DNA from: Chlorokybus atmophyticus
Lineage: Eukaryota; Plantae; Mesostigma and Chlorokybus algae
Direction: 5' to 3'
Assembly (NCBI GenBank): GCA_009103225.1
Contig: RHPI01002990.1
Coordinates: 182,738-246,737 of the forward strand
DNA: 64,000 bases
Each line of letters opens with the position of its first letter. Positions within the stretch are counted from its first letter, which is position 1. The notes beneath the pieces were generated by a model, which worked only from the letters and a program-made list of their open reading frames with translations, did not search any database and was not told where the DNA came from. A program made the position numbers and the translations under genes. Of this stretch, positions 40,594 to 55,547 are shown one piece after another.

Positions 40594-42283
40594 TCAGTAG
40601 CGCTGCATTTGCTGCATGGGCGGCGGCTGCATCACGCCGAGCTGAGGCGCGTCCTTGCCGTCTCTCCGGTCAAGCTCCAGCTTGTGCTGAGTCTGTTGTC
40701 ACAACAAAAGCCAGGAAATCACACAACAATCACATGAGCACTGCTACTCTCACCAGTCTTAGCACAACAACCGCATCAAGAAGTCATTACACGTACCTGC
40801 ATGCACGCGCAAACCCTGCATGAATGGAGTGAAGAGAGTTAGCAGCAGGACTAGAGAAGAAGCTAACTCTCCACAAAAACAAGACATGAAGCATTTGAGA
40901 AGTCAGCTGTAAAACACTCACGTGCACCAGAAGACATCTGATATGAGGTCGATGCAGTTGGCAAGCTGCGCGATCTCGTCGTTGCCGGATATGCACGCCA
41001 CGATACTGCAGATGCACGCAAGCTGCTGAAGTGCAAACATCGTGCCCTGCACACACAACAGCATCAGTGTTGGTAGTGTGTCATATTGACGATGCTGCTG
41101 CGAATAATGATGATGAAATGCTTACAATGAGGCAGTTGTCGCATGGTGTGGTCTGCACGCGCAGCTCGTCCTGGATCATGAAACGCGTGGACGCCACCGA
41201 CTGCGCGAAGCAGACAAATACCTGCCCCAAGCAAACAGATGAATATTCAAACATGCGCGCACATACTCTCACTCTCAGCTGCCAACAAGAGAAGCACTGA
41301 AATCCATACACAACAACCACACCTCAAGGCATAGGCAGAACTCCGGGCAGCTCTGCTCGCCCATGCGGCCGCTGCAAGGGCAGTACCCGCCGCAGCAAAC
41401 ATACCTGAAGAGAGAGAGAGAGAGAGAGACAGTTGTTTTACATTGATGGTATTGATGATAGTATTGGTATGAGAGTGAGCGAGGCGCTTTGCACACTGCA
41501 TGAGCTTGTGCTTACCTGGACATGTCGCCATAGAGGGCGCGCTTTCGGAGGGAGTAGGAGGCGCAATACGAGCACACGCCAGCAAACAGGCAGTCTGTTG
41601 TACATTGTCGCAAAAGTCAGTCACTTTGAGGACAAGCGAGACAAGAGAGGGATGGAAAACACAAAAGAGCGAACACACAACTGCCAGCTGTAGTGACTGT
41701 TGAGCGGTAGTGACGCTTGTTATGTGCTTGTTGTAGTTGTTGTTGTTCATAACTTTCTGAAAGGAGAGACTGTTACTGTGCAACTGTTTCACAGCGCGTG
41801 GTCAGGCGTTATCAGGAGACAAAGTAGCATCGACACGCTGTGTTCATGCATGAAGGGTTTCAGGCGTGCAGCACCAGGGGTAGGAGTCTCCTTTTCTTAT
41901 ATGACATGGCATTGCGTGGTTTGGTGCTCAACTAGTAAAAGTGGATGGGTCAGAGAGTAGAGTCTACGGTTAGCATTGAACTTAGGGCTGAATTTGAGTT
42001 TGAGGGCGGTCAACAGTCATTATGAGGCGTGCTGCTTGAGCCACAGGAGTGCTCGCAATGACGAACACCGTACGGGGCGGGCATGCATGCATGCGTACAT
42101 GCAACATGTGTGAGTACGCACGCGAGTGCATGCAGAATTCAGCACACATGCATGCATGCGACTGAGTGAGTGGCACTTACAGCCCGGGGCTTCGCAGCAC
42201 GCGCGGTTGAGCGGCGTCCGCCAGACGTTGCGGTACGCCTTGCGGGCGTCCAGCTGCGCGTACCGCTCCTGCTTCGACACCAT
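40594..42283 (-). CDS. PLAC8-family Cys-rich protein (plant type with Pro/Gln tail)
   Basis: AYRNVWRTPL...CASYSLRKRALYGDMSRYVCCGGYCPCSGRMGEQSCPEFCLCLEVFVCFAQSVASTRFMIQDELRVQTTPCDNCLI...VCACMQTQHKLELDRRD. Confidence 0.92.
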
Positions 42284-42925
42284 TGTGCTTCCCTTACCTC
42301 ACCTCACCTCCGCTCCCCTGCCCTCCCCGACTACGGCGGCGGCGGCAAGGACCAAAGCTTGCTCTCACAGGCCTCCTGTCTTTGGCTCCCTCGCACCACG
42401 CCTGCTACTTGACCACGACTCCTCGCACAATGCTTCCGTCGTGCCCCCGCCCCCCCTGCCGACACCGCCGCCTTCACCGCCTACACCGCCGTCGCTGTCA
42501 CGCCCGAATTGCCACGTGGCATGCAATCACTCATCACACAGCAGTGCTGCTGGCTGCGTCTCTCGCGCCGATATCGAGTCCACCGCCTTGGCCGTATACA
42601 AAAGATTCCTCGTATCGGCAGGAAAGAGACATCGTGAGCTGAGCGAGATAACTTCACGCCTCAACCGGATATCTTGACTCTACGATAGTGATGTCTTGCA
42701 GTCACGTGCTGAGACAAGCAGTGCGGGGAAAGGCAAGTGGCAGCGGCGAGGGACGAGGAGCGAGAGTTGTTGGAGCGCTTGTGATTGATACAGTGGATTG
42801 GAGAAAAGGATAGTAGGAGGTGGTTTTGTATTTTAGCTTCCATACTGCGTCATTTGGGTTGCGGACAGGAGGGGGGGGCGTTAAAAGCCGTTGGAAGCAG
42901 GGCTGAGTGCTGGGGCGCGTGAGCG

Positions 42926-44222
<1,297 letters not shown>

Positions 44223-44977
44223 CTTCAACTAACATAGATGATGACACTTACAACAGTCCTTTGCAATGTGTGTTGCACACGCCTCGCAGCTGCTTTGCGT
44301 GCATGCAGTCGTCATGAAGTGAAGCCGTCGTGTGTAGGTTTCGGTTGACACCAGTGCAGTCTTGATGAGCTTCGCAGCAGCTGGCAGGTCGTGTACGACC
44401 GATTGAAGCACGCGAAAAGTAAATTAGCTCCCTGGTCAGCAGTCTCGTGATTGAGAAGGGAAGACAGCTTAAACCAGTTCAGTGAATGCCGCACCTCTCT
44501 CGTATGTGGGTCGGCCATGGCTCTGCTGATAGTGATGATGCTGATGATAATTTTAGGTGTGGGCTACAGTGGAAGCTACAAGCACGCAAACTTGCCAAAA
44601 AAACAAAAAGGAGCAGTTACAAACAACAACATCATGGCAAGCGACCAGTTGACGACTTATTACCGCCGCATCATGTTGTGAACAGAGTAGAGTAGACAGT
44701 ATGTGTCCCGAGTTCCCCCACAGTCAACCCAATCACATCAAGGTCATGCTACAATGAACTGCATGCCGCCCACGTTATGTAAAACCCGTGAGCACGTTGC
44801 CAAGAGAGAATGAACACAACAAGCGGTACACAAACATAAACCAACGGATGCCCATACATTTGCGGGTAGAAGGAGAGAGACTGTTCCCTCAGGTATGTAT
44901 ATAGCTATTGCACTACTCCTTATATGTACATGTACGTGTTTGCTGGCACTGCACACAACAACCGCTGTGCTTCCTTC

Positions 44978-45568
44978 TCACTGCTGCAGTCTATGCACGA
45001 GGGCGACCGCGGCCACCGCGCACGCGACGGAGGCCGCCGTGGCAGCGACAAGCGCCATGAGGACCGAGGAGGAGAAAGAGGAGGCGGAGGAGGCGAGGGA
45101 GGGAGAGCTTCCAGGCCTGACTCTGGCCTTGGCGCTGCAAGAAAGGAAGGCGGGGGAAAGCAAGTCAGTAAGACTGATCGGCAGCAGCATTGCTTTGCAG
45201 CAGTGCGACACAAAGCAAGTGTGCGTTGTGCTCATCGCCGTGCCGTTTTCAAACCAACACCGCAAAGCTGGCTTGAGCGGCTTGTCTTTCTACTGGCATG
45301 CTGTGTGAGCCAATACAAGGCATGTTGGTATCAACAACCAATCAAGTTTCATTTGATTTGAACGCACTGACAGTGGGATAAACAAATGAAGAGGAATACC
45401 ACTTCATTGTGCGCATAGAGAGGTATGCAGCAGGGTCAGCAGCCTGGCCTACCTCCTGCCAGCGCCGGAGTCTCTGGCCAGCAGCGACCGGCCGATCTTC
45501 GTGCGGTGCTCAGCCGCCCTAGAGGACAAACCCTGCACATCCCGCTTCGCCATGACGACGAAGCTCAT
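44978..45568 (-). CDS. Small (about 90 aa) tail-anchored hypothetical protein, 2 exons
   Basis: Exon 45568-45453 (MSFVVMAKRDVQGLSSRAAEHRTKIGRSLLARDSGAGR, donor GTAGGC) joins exon 45134-44978 in frame (SAKARVRPGSSPS...VLMALVAATAASVACAVAAVALVHRLQQ*). Confidence 0.6.
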
Positions 45569-45732
45569 TCACCCGCCGCCGCCGCCGCCGCCGCTGCCGC
45601 TAGCAACACTCACGTGCGCACAGTTGAGGTCGCGCGTCACGTGTTGTGCCCCAGCGCACAAGCTCTGTGCGCTGTTGTGCTCCGAACCTAAACCTAAGCC
45701 CTGCACTCCAACGAGCCTCGCCACGTGGCGCG

Positions 45733-47154
45733 ATGCGGGCGCCGGCGGTGGCGGCGGCGGCGGTCGTCCATCAAGCAGTGGTGGCGGCGCGGTCTGTGGG
45801 GCGGTCGGTGAGGGCTGGGCCGGGTGGCGTGACGTCAAGGCGGCGCTCAGCGCAGCACAGCCTCAAGCCAGGCTCCTGGGCGCTGCGAGCATTCAGGCTT
45901 CGAGCTGGGCGTCGTCCTGAGAGCTCCTCTTCGTCGTCCTCCTCCTCTTCCTCTCTCTCCTCCCCGTCCTCCTACGACGCCGGTGTGATAGCCTGCGCTA
46001 CAGGCAATGGCGTCGGCGAGCATATCAATAACAATGCTGCGTCAGGCCCTGCTTTCCAGGAGGTGCCTGACAGCAGCTATAGGCGCAATGTGGGCATTTG
46101 CCTCGTCAACGCTAACAATGAGGCAAGCATATTAGATACGTGTGTATATCTGAGGCTGGTGATTCCTTCACCAGGCTCTAGCCAATCAAGAGATTTCAGA
46201 ACATTTTGACGCAATGGGCGGGCAGCATGTGCAGTCCGTTTCATGATTCTCCAACAAGTATGTCTGCAATGTCTGAATGCATATGGCATGTATGCAAGCG
46301 TGTGTTGTATTCTTTGCAGGCGTTTGTTGGGTTGAGACCCTTTCCCAACTTCTCCTCTACCTGGCAGATGCCACAGGTGAGGAAGCACCAAGTACATTGC
46401 AGGCTTGTGGAATTGACACACAATGTTGATGTGCTCTTGATCACTGCAGGGTGGGATTGATGAAGGCGAGGACCCACTTGAGGCGGCTGTGCGCGAGTTG
46501 CAAGAGGAGACAGGTGTTGTGAGCGCTGAGCTCATTGCTTCGGTACCGTGTACACAGTCATTAAGGTTTTTCGCCACTCGCTTGTTAATATCAACGAACA
46601 TTTGTGTGTACTTACATACACATATTACTCACCATCCGATGCGGTGGCAGCATCCTGGATGGCTAGCGTACACGTTCCCCGATGATGTCCAGCATCAGTT
46701 GACCGATTGGAAGGGCAAGTACATAGGCCAAACACAAAAATGGTATGATGTTGCTGAACATTGTTCACAGTATAAATATTCTTCACAGTGTTTGGGTTGT
46801 TACATTAGCATTGTAATGAGTTATCTCAATGTCAACCCTCGCAGGTTCCTCTTTCGGTTTACGGGCGATGAGTCTGAGATGAACCTGGAAGGGGGCGAAG
46901 AGATTGAGTTTGTGCAGTGGCGGTGGGCACCATTTGACTCTGTTCTGAGCTCGGTGAGTGGATGTGGCCTCCTCTTTTCTCTTCATGTAACAATAAGGGC
47001 AAGGGCTTGGCTCCATTGCTTAACTAGTGCAGCCGTGGGCTTGACATGCTGTGGACTTGCTTGCCAGGTGGTTGATTTCAAAAAAGAAGTGTACAGGGAG
47101 GTGCTCGCGCACTTCACTTCTGTGCTTGCGGAAATGCCTGCGCTACATAAGTAA
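45733..47154 (+). CDS. Plastid Nudix hydrolase, RppH/Ap4A-hydrolase type (Arabidopsis NUDX25-27-like)
   Basis: Transit peptide, then [39 protein letters not shown] (Nudix box), WLAYTFP, YIGQTQKWFLFRF, EFVQWRWA and VVDFKKEVYREVL. Confidence 0.93.
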
Positions 47155-48442
47155 TGACGTTGTTGAGGATGGCGTGCTGACTCAGTACCCTGCCAGTCGC
47201 CTGCTGGCCAACCAGTATCTGATATACGATAAGATATATAGGATATGATACAGTGCATTGCAGTCCTGATACATGGTGCAGATCTTATTCACACACGCGC
47301 GCACGCGCACATACAGACTGCACTGTGGTCAATGGTGCCTTCACACGTACGTTCTACACTTTGTGATACACAGGGGACAGGGTTGTGTACAAAGTATGCA
47401 ATGCGGTGCATGTGAACATGCATTTATGCACAGTCACAGTCAGCATGCAAGCAATCACAGCCATTGCATTACACCACCGGGCTATACAACATCCGTTGTG
47501 CAGGTGATCGCATATGCATGTGCATGCTTACATGGCTGATGGGGTGGTACGGGTAGTGTAGCGTGTTAGGTAGGCGAATGAACTCGGCGGTCAACTTTAT
47601 AATGGTGTTGTTGGTATGTGCCATGTCACTCTGCATGCTGCTGACTGTGCATGCCACTACGCATGTGCATTTCCGTTTCGCATTGTTTGTACAACGTGGG
47701 TGGAAGCACTGCCAGAACCATTGCTTGCATTTGCACCCTTGCAACCACAGTCACCCCCAAGTTCTCTCTCTCATCACTAGTACAGCAACATCGTCACACC
47801 AAGCTACGTACTGTCATCCATGTCTATCACACTGCACCAGCATACGCACACGCACACCTACACAACTACACGGCTGCAGCCGCCAGCACAGCGTCGTTGG
47901 CGCTGCCGTCTGGACCGGACCCCAGCCCGGTACGGCCGCCACGTGTCGTGCCTAATGAGTAGGTAGGTTAACATGTAGCCCGGTGGTGTTATATGTAGAT
48001 GCATGCATGCGGGGTGCCGAGTTGCTATGTGACGTGTGAGTGTGCTTTGCACGCGCGTGGTGCAGCTTGCATCTGTTTTATGAGAGTGCCGTTGAGTGGC
48101 GCTGGTCAGAGTAGAGCCTTTGTATAAAGCAGCTCTGCTACATATGTGTAAGGCTCGCATAGGCCTCCTGGTCGTGGAACTTTATATGTGCAGATGTAGA
48201 ACGTGTGCTCCCTTCCCATTTGAGATGTGACTCACTGTGTGTTGATGACCTAGCCGTGCCTCAAGTGTGAACAATGATCGTTGACCAGCACAGCGAGCAC
48301 ACAAAACCGGTGTATAGTATAATCTGTGCATATAGAACAGCTCAGCGTGGCGTCGATAACTGCAAATCACCCGGACACGGTGTAAACAAGACATGTCTGC
48401 TATCTACACAGCAACCTCACTGCCTACACAGCAGCCTCACTG

Positions 48443-51314
48443 TCACGTAACTGCTACAATAATGCTACGCACCCTCTTCCAAGGCCGAAGCAATGCAATA
48501 TCCTCTTCCAACTGCGCAGCATCATCTGCAACTAGACTGTGATGCGCATCCCTGTGGTCATCATCATCTCGCTCATCATGTGCGCCAGTTGGCACAGTCG
48601 AAGCGTGCTGTGTCCTGTGTGCAATTTCCGTCAGCATCCTCTGCTTGGTCTCCTCCAACTCAGCCAGCTCCTCCCTTGCTTTCTGCATCCGCCTTGCCAA
48701 CTCGTCCGCTTCCCTGGCCCTCTCCTCCGCCTGCAAAATGTATCTCCAGGTCAATGCATCTTCCCGATTAATGCGCACAAGCAGTCTCAACAAGCGCATC
48801 AATACACACCTCCAACCGCTCTTGATCAGCAATTGCTGCCAGCCGCTGCTCTTCGGCGCGTCTCTCTGCCTTCTCCCGCCGTCCCCTCTCTTCCAACTCC
48901 TCCTGCATGCGCTCCTCCTCTTCCACCCGCAATCGCTCAGCCTGCATGCACTGCCATTGATCAATTGCAACCAACGTACTGATGCAACACGCGGGAAACA
49001 CACTCTGTTTGTGAGTATCATACCTCTGCTTGCTGTCTTTCCTCTTCCTGTCTTTTGAGCCGGTCCGCCTCCGCTTTGGCTTCGGCAGCCCTTCGCTCCT
49101 CCTCAAGCTGCTTCCTCCTTTTCTCTATCTCTTCTCTCCTGCCAGACATGCAGCAATTGAGCGCACATCACCATCAAAAAAGCTTTACCCATGTGAAAAT
49201 AGTAACAAAAAAAGCAGATAAGTTGCCATGTACCGCTGTGACATAATCATAGGCAGAGGCTGGTGTGCAAGCATGCTTGACATACTGCTGCATTGAGGTG
49301 GGTGACTGTAGTAATTTGGTGTGTAAGTGTTGTTGGCCCGTGTGTGCAGTGTTCAGATTGGAGGGAACTCAAAATGTTGAAACTCTTACCTGCTCCGCTC
49401 TGTGGCTGCTTGTTCTGCTGCGCGCTGCAGCCGTTGCTTTTCCATCTTGCGAGCTCGGACGTTTTTCTCACTAAAGAAGCCTGCGGTATCGACTGCGAGA
49501 TTGTAGTCCACTACCAACGGGGAGCCGTCCTTCTTCAAGAGCTTCCCAGACAACACTTCAAGTGCCTGAAACACGCAAGATGAAGAAAAGCAACAACTCC
49601 ACATGCGTGAAACTACAATGTGCAAGACGTCCAACTCACCTTGAGGAACTCGTTGTGTGTTTGGAACTGCACATACACGCTGCAGCTGAAGGCCGACTTG
49701 ACGTCCCCGCCTGTCGGGTTGTGTTGATGTTGGCGTTAGCGAGCCTGTGTAGGGCGTTCAAGTGTAACACCAATCAATGCGCAATCATCAGCGGACCGGA
49801 AGAAGAAGTAGAAGCGTCTTGATCAACAATCTCCAGTGTGCGCACTTCCCCGAGCTTGGACATGATGCCGTGCGTCACCAGAAAGGATGGCTTCGTGGAC
49901 ACGCGGGGCTCAGCAAGCCACCTGTGAGGTATGTTGTGCAAAGTGATTGTGTCCGGCCGCTCTCCAGGAGAAGCACTCTTATACCCTGATATGCAAATTT
50001 GGGTCAACAGGCTGGCAATCACAGAACAGCAAATCACGTTCACTAAAGCCTACCACTGGAGCTCACGCCATAGATGCTCTCCCAGGTTGTACGCAGCTTG
50101 TCAATAGAGTCACCATCAGCAATGCGACAGCTGCAATGCGTGACAGTGTCAGTGTACGGTGTACCATGCTGTGTGTGCGCAGGCGTGCGCGTGTGTGTAT
50201 TCATACGCGCATCCAAGCAAGCTTGTATATGCGCGTATGAATGTGGGTGTGTTTGCGGGTGCGGATGCACGTGCATGTGCATGGGTGCATGCACATGTGG
50301 CATCACTCTCACCGGCAAACAAGACGCACACCACCAATGGAGAGCTCTGTGCCATCCATTGCGCTGACAACTTGTGCACCATCAGAGTCCCAAAGACGCA
50401 GCCGCATTGTCGCAGCAGGCACATCCTGTTAAAGCATACGTCACAACCTTGGCTGCAATCACTGACATCTATGACTCTCAACAAGTAACGCAACATTGCC
50501 ACGGTAACAAGCAAAAAAACCCCACACATAGGAGCAACAGTCACTGCTCAAACGCCTGCATGTGTCGCACTGCTGAAGACTATCACAAGCCCCAATTATT
50601 CTTATAAGTGTAATGCACAACGGACATACCTCAGGAGTGATGCTCGTAAAACAATGACAACCCTGAGAGTGAGTTGGAACAGTGGGGCAACGGCCGCATG
50701 TATGAGAATCTTTCATATTATGTTGTATGGCTCCTTGCATATGAGTCGGTACGTTCCATGTGAACCTGAACCTGAACATAAATGTGGGATTCCGCATTCA
50801 ACTAATGTGAACAGTTGTGCTGTTTATTGTGGGGTCAATGCAAACGACACGTACAATTATTCAAGCTGACCACTCCAAACAGAGACATTGTTTAGTTTAC
50901 AAGTATAACATGGCGAACACACTGTGAAACTGCTTCTCTGTATACAAGTCTCTTTCTGCTTGTATTTTCTTATTATGTTCGTGCGCACGTTCTGTATGAT
51001 GGACATACACGCAGCATAGTAAAAACGGGTTTGTCACACACGGCGTTGGCTGCAAAAAGCACGAGCAGTAGAAGCATTCAGAGCACCTGGGCGGCGGCGG
51101 TGCGGGCATGGTGTAGCTGCGCCGGTCGTTTATCGATGGCAAGGTCGGCGTCGGCAGGGGTGAGGGCGGCGCGGGTCTGAAGGAGGGCTTTGGTCAGCTC
51201 CCGGAGCTGCCACGCGTCCACGCCCTTTTGCCCGACGCCCTTGCCTTGCTTGCGAACAAAGTCCAGCACCACAACGGCGCATTCCACCAGACGCAGACCC
51301 TCGCAAAGCTCCAT
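48443..51314 (-). CDS. AKAP17A/XE7 (plant ZCW7)-like splicing-associated protein; 3' end uncertain
   Basis: PGERPDTITLHNIPHRWLAEPRVSTKPSFLVTHGIMSKLGEVRTLEI, LSGKLLKKDGSPLVVDYNLAVDTAGFFSEKNVRAR, then E/R-rich coiled coil. Confidence 0.75.
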
Positions 51315-51872
51315 CTTGACCCACGCCGGAGTCTGGACCGCCGCCGCTACCGCCGCCGGCCGAACCTTAGCAGTGGGGTGTAGTTATTCGTTTTGGTAGC
51401 AATGCTCCCTTCATAACAGCATAACGACAGGAATGCTAGGCTGCATTCCAGTCTGCCCTTGTGTTACTAAGTAGAATATGTCATGACTGCAGTGAACCAC
51501 CGAACGCATGCACCGTTGGAACCAGTTCAGACACGTTGCTGGCGGTGACTCGCTGAGCGCTGCTTTCGGTGCCGTCACCGTTAGCATGTCGGCCCGTTTA
51601 ACACTCATGTACACCTTGCTCCCAAGTCGGGAGTCCCAACCAACGTGCCAGGTAGTAGCACTTGTGGAAAGCCCTCCGTGAGTCATGACATGATGAGGGA
51701 TGGTGTGAGGTTGATGTAACGCCGTAGATAGCACGCCGCCGTTTGCAAGAAGACGTTGGGGCAAACACGTTGAAGGGTACACGTGGCGAGCCGAGAGGAG
51801 GTAGCGGCCGCTGCTTCGGCGGTCGAGCGGCGGTAGCAACGCTGTCGTCGTCGTCTTTGTCGTTAAGACGCT

Positions 51873-54800
51873 ATGGCTCTCACAGACAGGGACGCATGCA
51901 GGGGAAGCAGGCCGTCTGGTGCCGCGTACCGTAACAATTCTCGGGGAGGAGGTTGGGGAAGGGGTAGGGGAGCAGGCGGCGGCGGTGGTAGGAAGCACGA
52001 TCAGCAGTCACATACGGACGTGAAGGCTTCGCCTAACCAGGCCGTCTGGGTAGCTAAGGCCAGTCTGGTGGACGAGACGCAGCAGCAGCTTGAGCAGCCG
52101 CAGGTGCGAGGGCAGGAGGAAGCTTCCACCAGCGGTCAGACTGGTAGTGCAACTAGTAGCAGGAATATGGGTAGGGGCAGGGGTAAGGCGAATACGAAAC
52201 CAGCTCATCAGTCAGCTTCAAGCAAGGGTCAAGCCAGGGACGCTGCCAAAGCATGCTGCTCCAGCAACTACGCTCTCACCCAGGCTGAGCTAGCTCAGAA
52301 CTTGCAGGACCAGGCTGACGAGGTCAGTGCGCTAGGTTTGCTCCTGCTTCAGGTTTGATGTAAACGCCAGCATCATTTTGCTTGTACTCTCAAGCAAATA
52401 GCAGTGCATGTTGAGGCAGTAGGTTGTTGTCCCCAGCTGTTCCTGTTGTGTCTGCCATTGTTTGTGTTGGGCCTTGAGTGCATCGCGTTTATCAAGCACG
52501 GCAGTGCTGCTGCAGTTTACACTGGGAGCAGGTGTGAACCTCCTATTCAGTTATACATGCTCCTTGACACTGTTTACACACTGGTAGCTGTTGCAGGTTG
52601 AGTGCACAGTCGCACGCAGATGTTGTCCCCCCCCCCCCCTCTTGCATGCATGCGTACGTAATCACGTCTTTGTCGGTGCAGCTGTCAGTCAGTTGTTTAT
52701 CTTCATAGCACAGCTGCCTTGCTAATGACATGGCTGTGAGTCAAGTTGAGTATGAGCTGCATGTGAGCAACACATGACATGCTACACTGCAGGTGCTGGC
52801 ACTGAAATCCATATTTGGAGATGATGCTTTCAGGGAGGTTGCAGCTTACTCTGATGGCCACGTGCACTATTTCCAGGTTCGTTGCGGATAGCTTATTATG
52901 CACTCACCTGTATAGCTGAAGCTGTATACACTGACAGATGGAAATGGTTGTGACTGTGGTGTTGTGGTGCAGTTGTTTGTTAATGTTGACCCTCTCGCAA
53001 GCATAGAGTTGAGGCCGTACCAAAGTGCCAGGCAGGAAGACGAGTTTCCCACTCAAGCAGCTCCAGCTGGCAGTCAACAGCACGCTGTGAAGAGTCAATT
53101 CTCTGTTGACTACTTGCCACCGTTGCGATTGACATGCATCCTTCCCAAACACTACCCGAGCGCCGGCCCTCCACACTTTAAACTCACGTCAAGTTGGCTA
53201 TCCACAGCAGTGCTGTCCAGACTGTGTCAGGTAGTTTGTCCACAAGTAGCCCGCTTACTGTGTACGTTTGTGTGCACGCTTTTTTGTGCGTGCATTTTGT
53301 CTTTGTGGCGTTGTTTTTTTTTGGCATTTCTTTTTGTTTTTGTGGGTGGGTGGGGGGAAGGGGGGGGGGAGTCTGTTTATCTTTCCTTAGTCCGACAAGC
53401 CAATCAGTTGGCTGTTCTCAGGGACTAGACAAGCAATGGCAGGAGCAGAAGGGCAGTGTTGTGGCATACACGTGGGCCGAGTGGTTGCGGACGAGCGTTG
53501 TGGATGACTACTTGAGTTGCGGATATTTGCCTCTGGCAGGAAACTATAACCAAGGAATGGATGCAACACACTTGTCCGACAATCGCGCCCTTTCTGAGAT
53601 TGATGATGTGGACTCAACCCTGTTCTCATTGTTACGGTATGTGGTTATTCTCAACTAACACAATATGGCATATGTATATGTGCCCTTGCAGCACTGTATG
53701 GGACTTTTTATATGTGCCTTCACGAGCTGGAACTGCGTGGTGTCAGGTACAATCAAGATTGCAAGTTGCTGGACTTCAGGTCAAGCATACACGACTGTCC
53801 TGTGTGCTTGATGGAGTACGCAGGCACTCAGTTCCATCGGCTCAATGAGTGTGGCCACTACTGCTGCTTGACGTGCATGGTTTCATTGGTGAGCATACAC
53901 GTTAAAGACGGGACTGTTCACCTGCTTGTGTGCCCTCAAGACAAGTGTAAGACACCGTTGCCTCCGTCGCTGCTGAAAGAGGTGTTGCCACCCGTGGGCT
54001 TTGCACGATGGGTATGTGCCAACCATCACAACACTCGGTGCTAGTTGCTGGTTCATCCCCTCACAAGCAGCCATGTCCTTGTTGTTGTATGTTGAGCGTT
54101 GCGTACATTGTGCTGCAGGAGGAGCTGATGCTGCAAAGCACGCTAGACTCTATGGCGGATCTTGTATACTGCCCTCGCTGCGAAGTGGCTGTGCTGGAGG
54201 ACGCTGACAATCATGCACAGGTGTGTTTGGTTGCATATGATGATTTTGTGCATGTTCTAACCACATTGTTGTGGATACTGATGTGGTATTGTAACGCCCT
54301 CTTTGGCAGTGCGCAAGCTGCTTTTATTCCTTCTGCAGTTTATGCCGGCAACCATGGCACGCTGGCGCAGAGTGTCTTACGCCCGAGGCGCGCCTCGAGA
54401 TATTGCGGCAGCGCCAAAGCAACTGTCAAGACATGAATGCAGTATGAAGCATTCACATGCTAGTGCAATTTAATAGGCTGTTATATCTGCCGGAGTACCA
54501 TGGAGTATACCTGACAAACACACCTGACGCATGCGCTTACGCGCATGCGCACGCGCATGTTCTTGTACTCACGCACCCTTGTATGCATACACCCACACAA
54601 ACACACACTGGCAGGACAAGAAGAAGCAGGAGGAAGCTCTTGTCAATGAGGTTATGGCGTTTGCCTTTGTCAAGAAGGCGGCCCGGCAGTGCCCCTCTTG
54701 TCGAATGGCTATTCAGAAAACAGAAGGTGCGGGCCTTCTTGATGCCTGCCAAGGGAGCATGACTGACCGAGAAAGAAAAAGCTTCTCAACTTATATGGCA

Positions 54801-55547
54801 GGTTGCAACAAGATGATCTGCTCCAACTGCGGTGGCTTCTTCTGCTACCGCTGCGGGAAAAGCATTGAGGGGTAAGTGCCAACAGGGGTCAAGTTGAGCT
54901 GCATCCTCTCAATCTCCATTTATCATTGCAGACAACCATTGATAGCTGTATCTTGCAAGTATGTAAGCATCTCCTTGCATGTGTTCACCATGATAGTACA
55001 GGCATAAGTGTGTTGATTGGTGGATACACTTCCTTGCAGGTATGAGCACTACAGGGACGGGACGTGCACACTGTTTGAAGAAGAGACGCTACGCGAATGG
55101 AATGCACGCATGGGTATTGTCAACCTTAACGAGGCTCAAGTGCGCATGCAGGCTCGCCTGCAGGTAAGGTTATTGAAAAGCACACTTTGTTGCCAAAGTC
55201 ATGAATCTGTTTGCTTACAGTAAACTCCCATTTGTGCAGATACAACCAGACCAGGCAGTCAACCTGAAGGCATGCCCAAATTGCGGGCAACACAACCTGA
55301 AGGTGTGTTGCTCTCAACTTGCTTTACCCGGATTCAGTGCATTGTTGTTCTTTCTTTTTTGCATCATGATCAGGTGCGGGGTCATGTTCTTGTTGTGAGC
55401 GTTAACTGTGCGCTCGTGCAGGAGGGTCGCAACAACCACATAGCTTGCTGGTCCTGCACCACGCACTTTTGCGCCGTGTGCCGGAGCCTCGTGAAGGGCA
55501 CAAAACACTTCAGCAAAGGGGGCTGCAAGCAGCATTCGGACGACTGA
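51873..55547 (+). CDS. RNF14: RWD-domain RBR (RING-IBR-RING) E3 ubiquitin ligase, RNF14/ARA54-like
   Basis: [12 protein letters not shown]; [33 protein letters not shown]; RING1 [19 protein letters not shown]...C; [25 protein letters not shown]; RING2 [30 protein letters not shown]; extra C-terminal [20 protein letters not shown]. Confidence 0.93.

Noticed and set aside
42126-42677. 183-aa plus-strand ORF across the PLAC8 first exon and promoter
   Set aside because: It overlaps PLAC8 antisense and a C-rich leader, has low complexity, shows no homology signal and lacks a convincing start.
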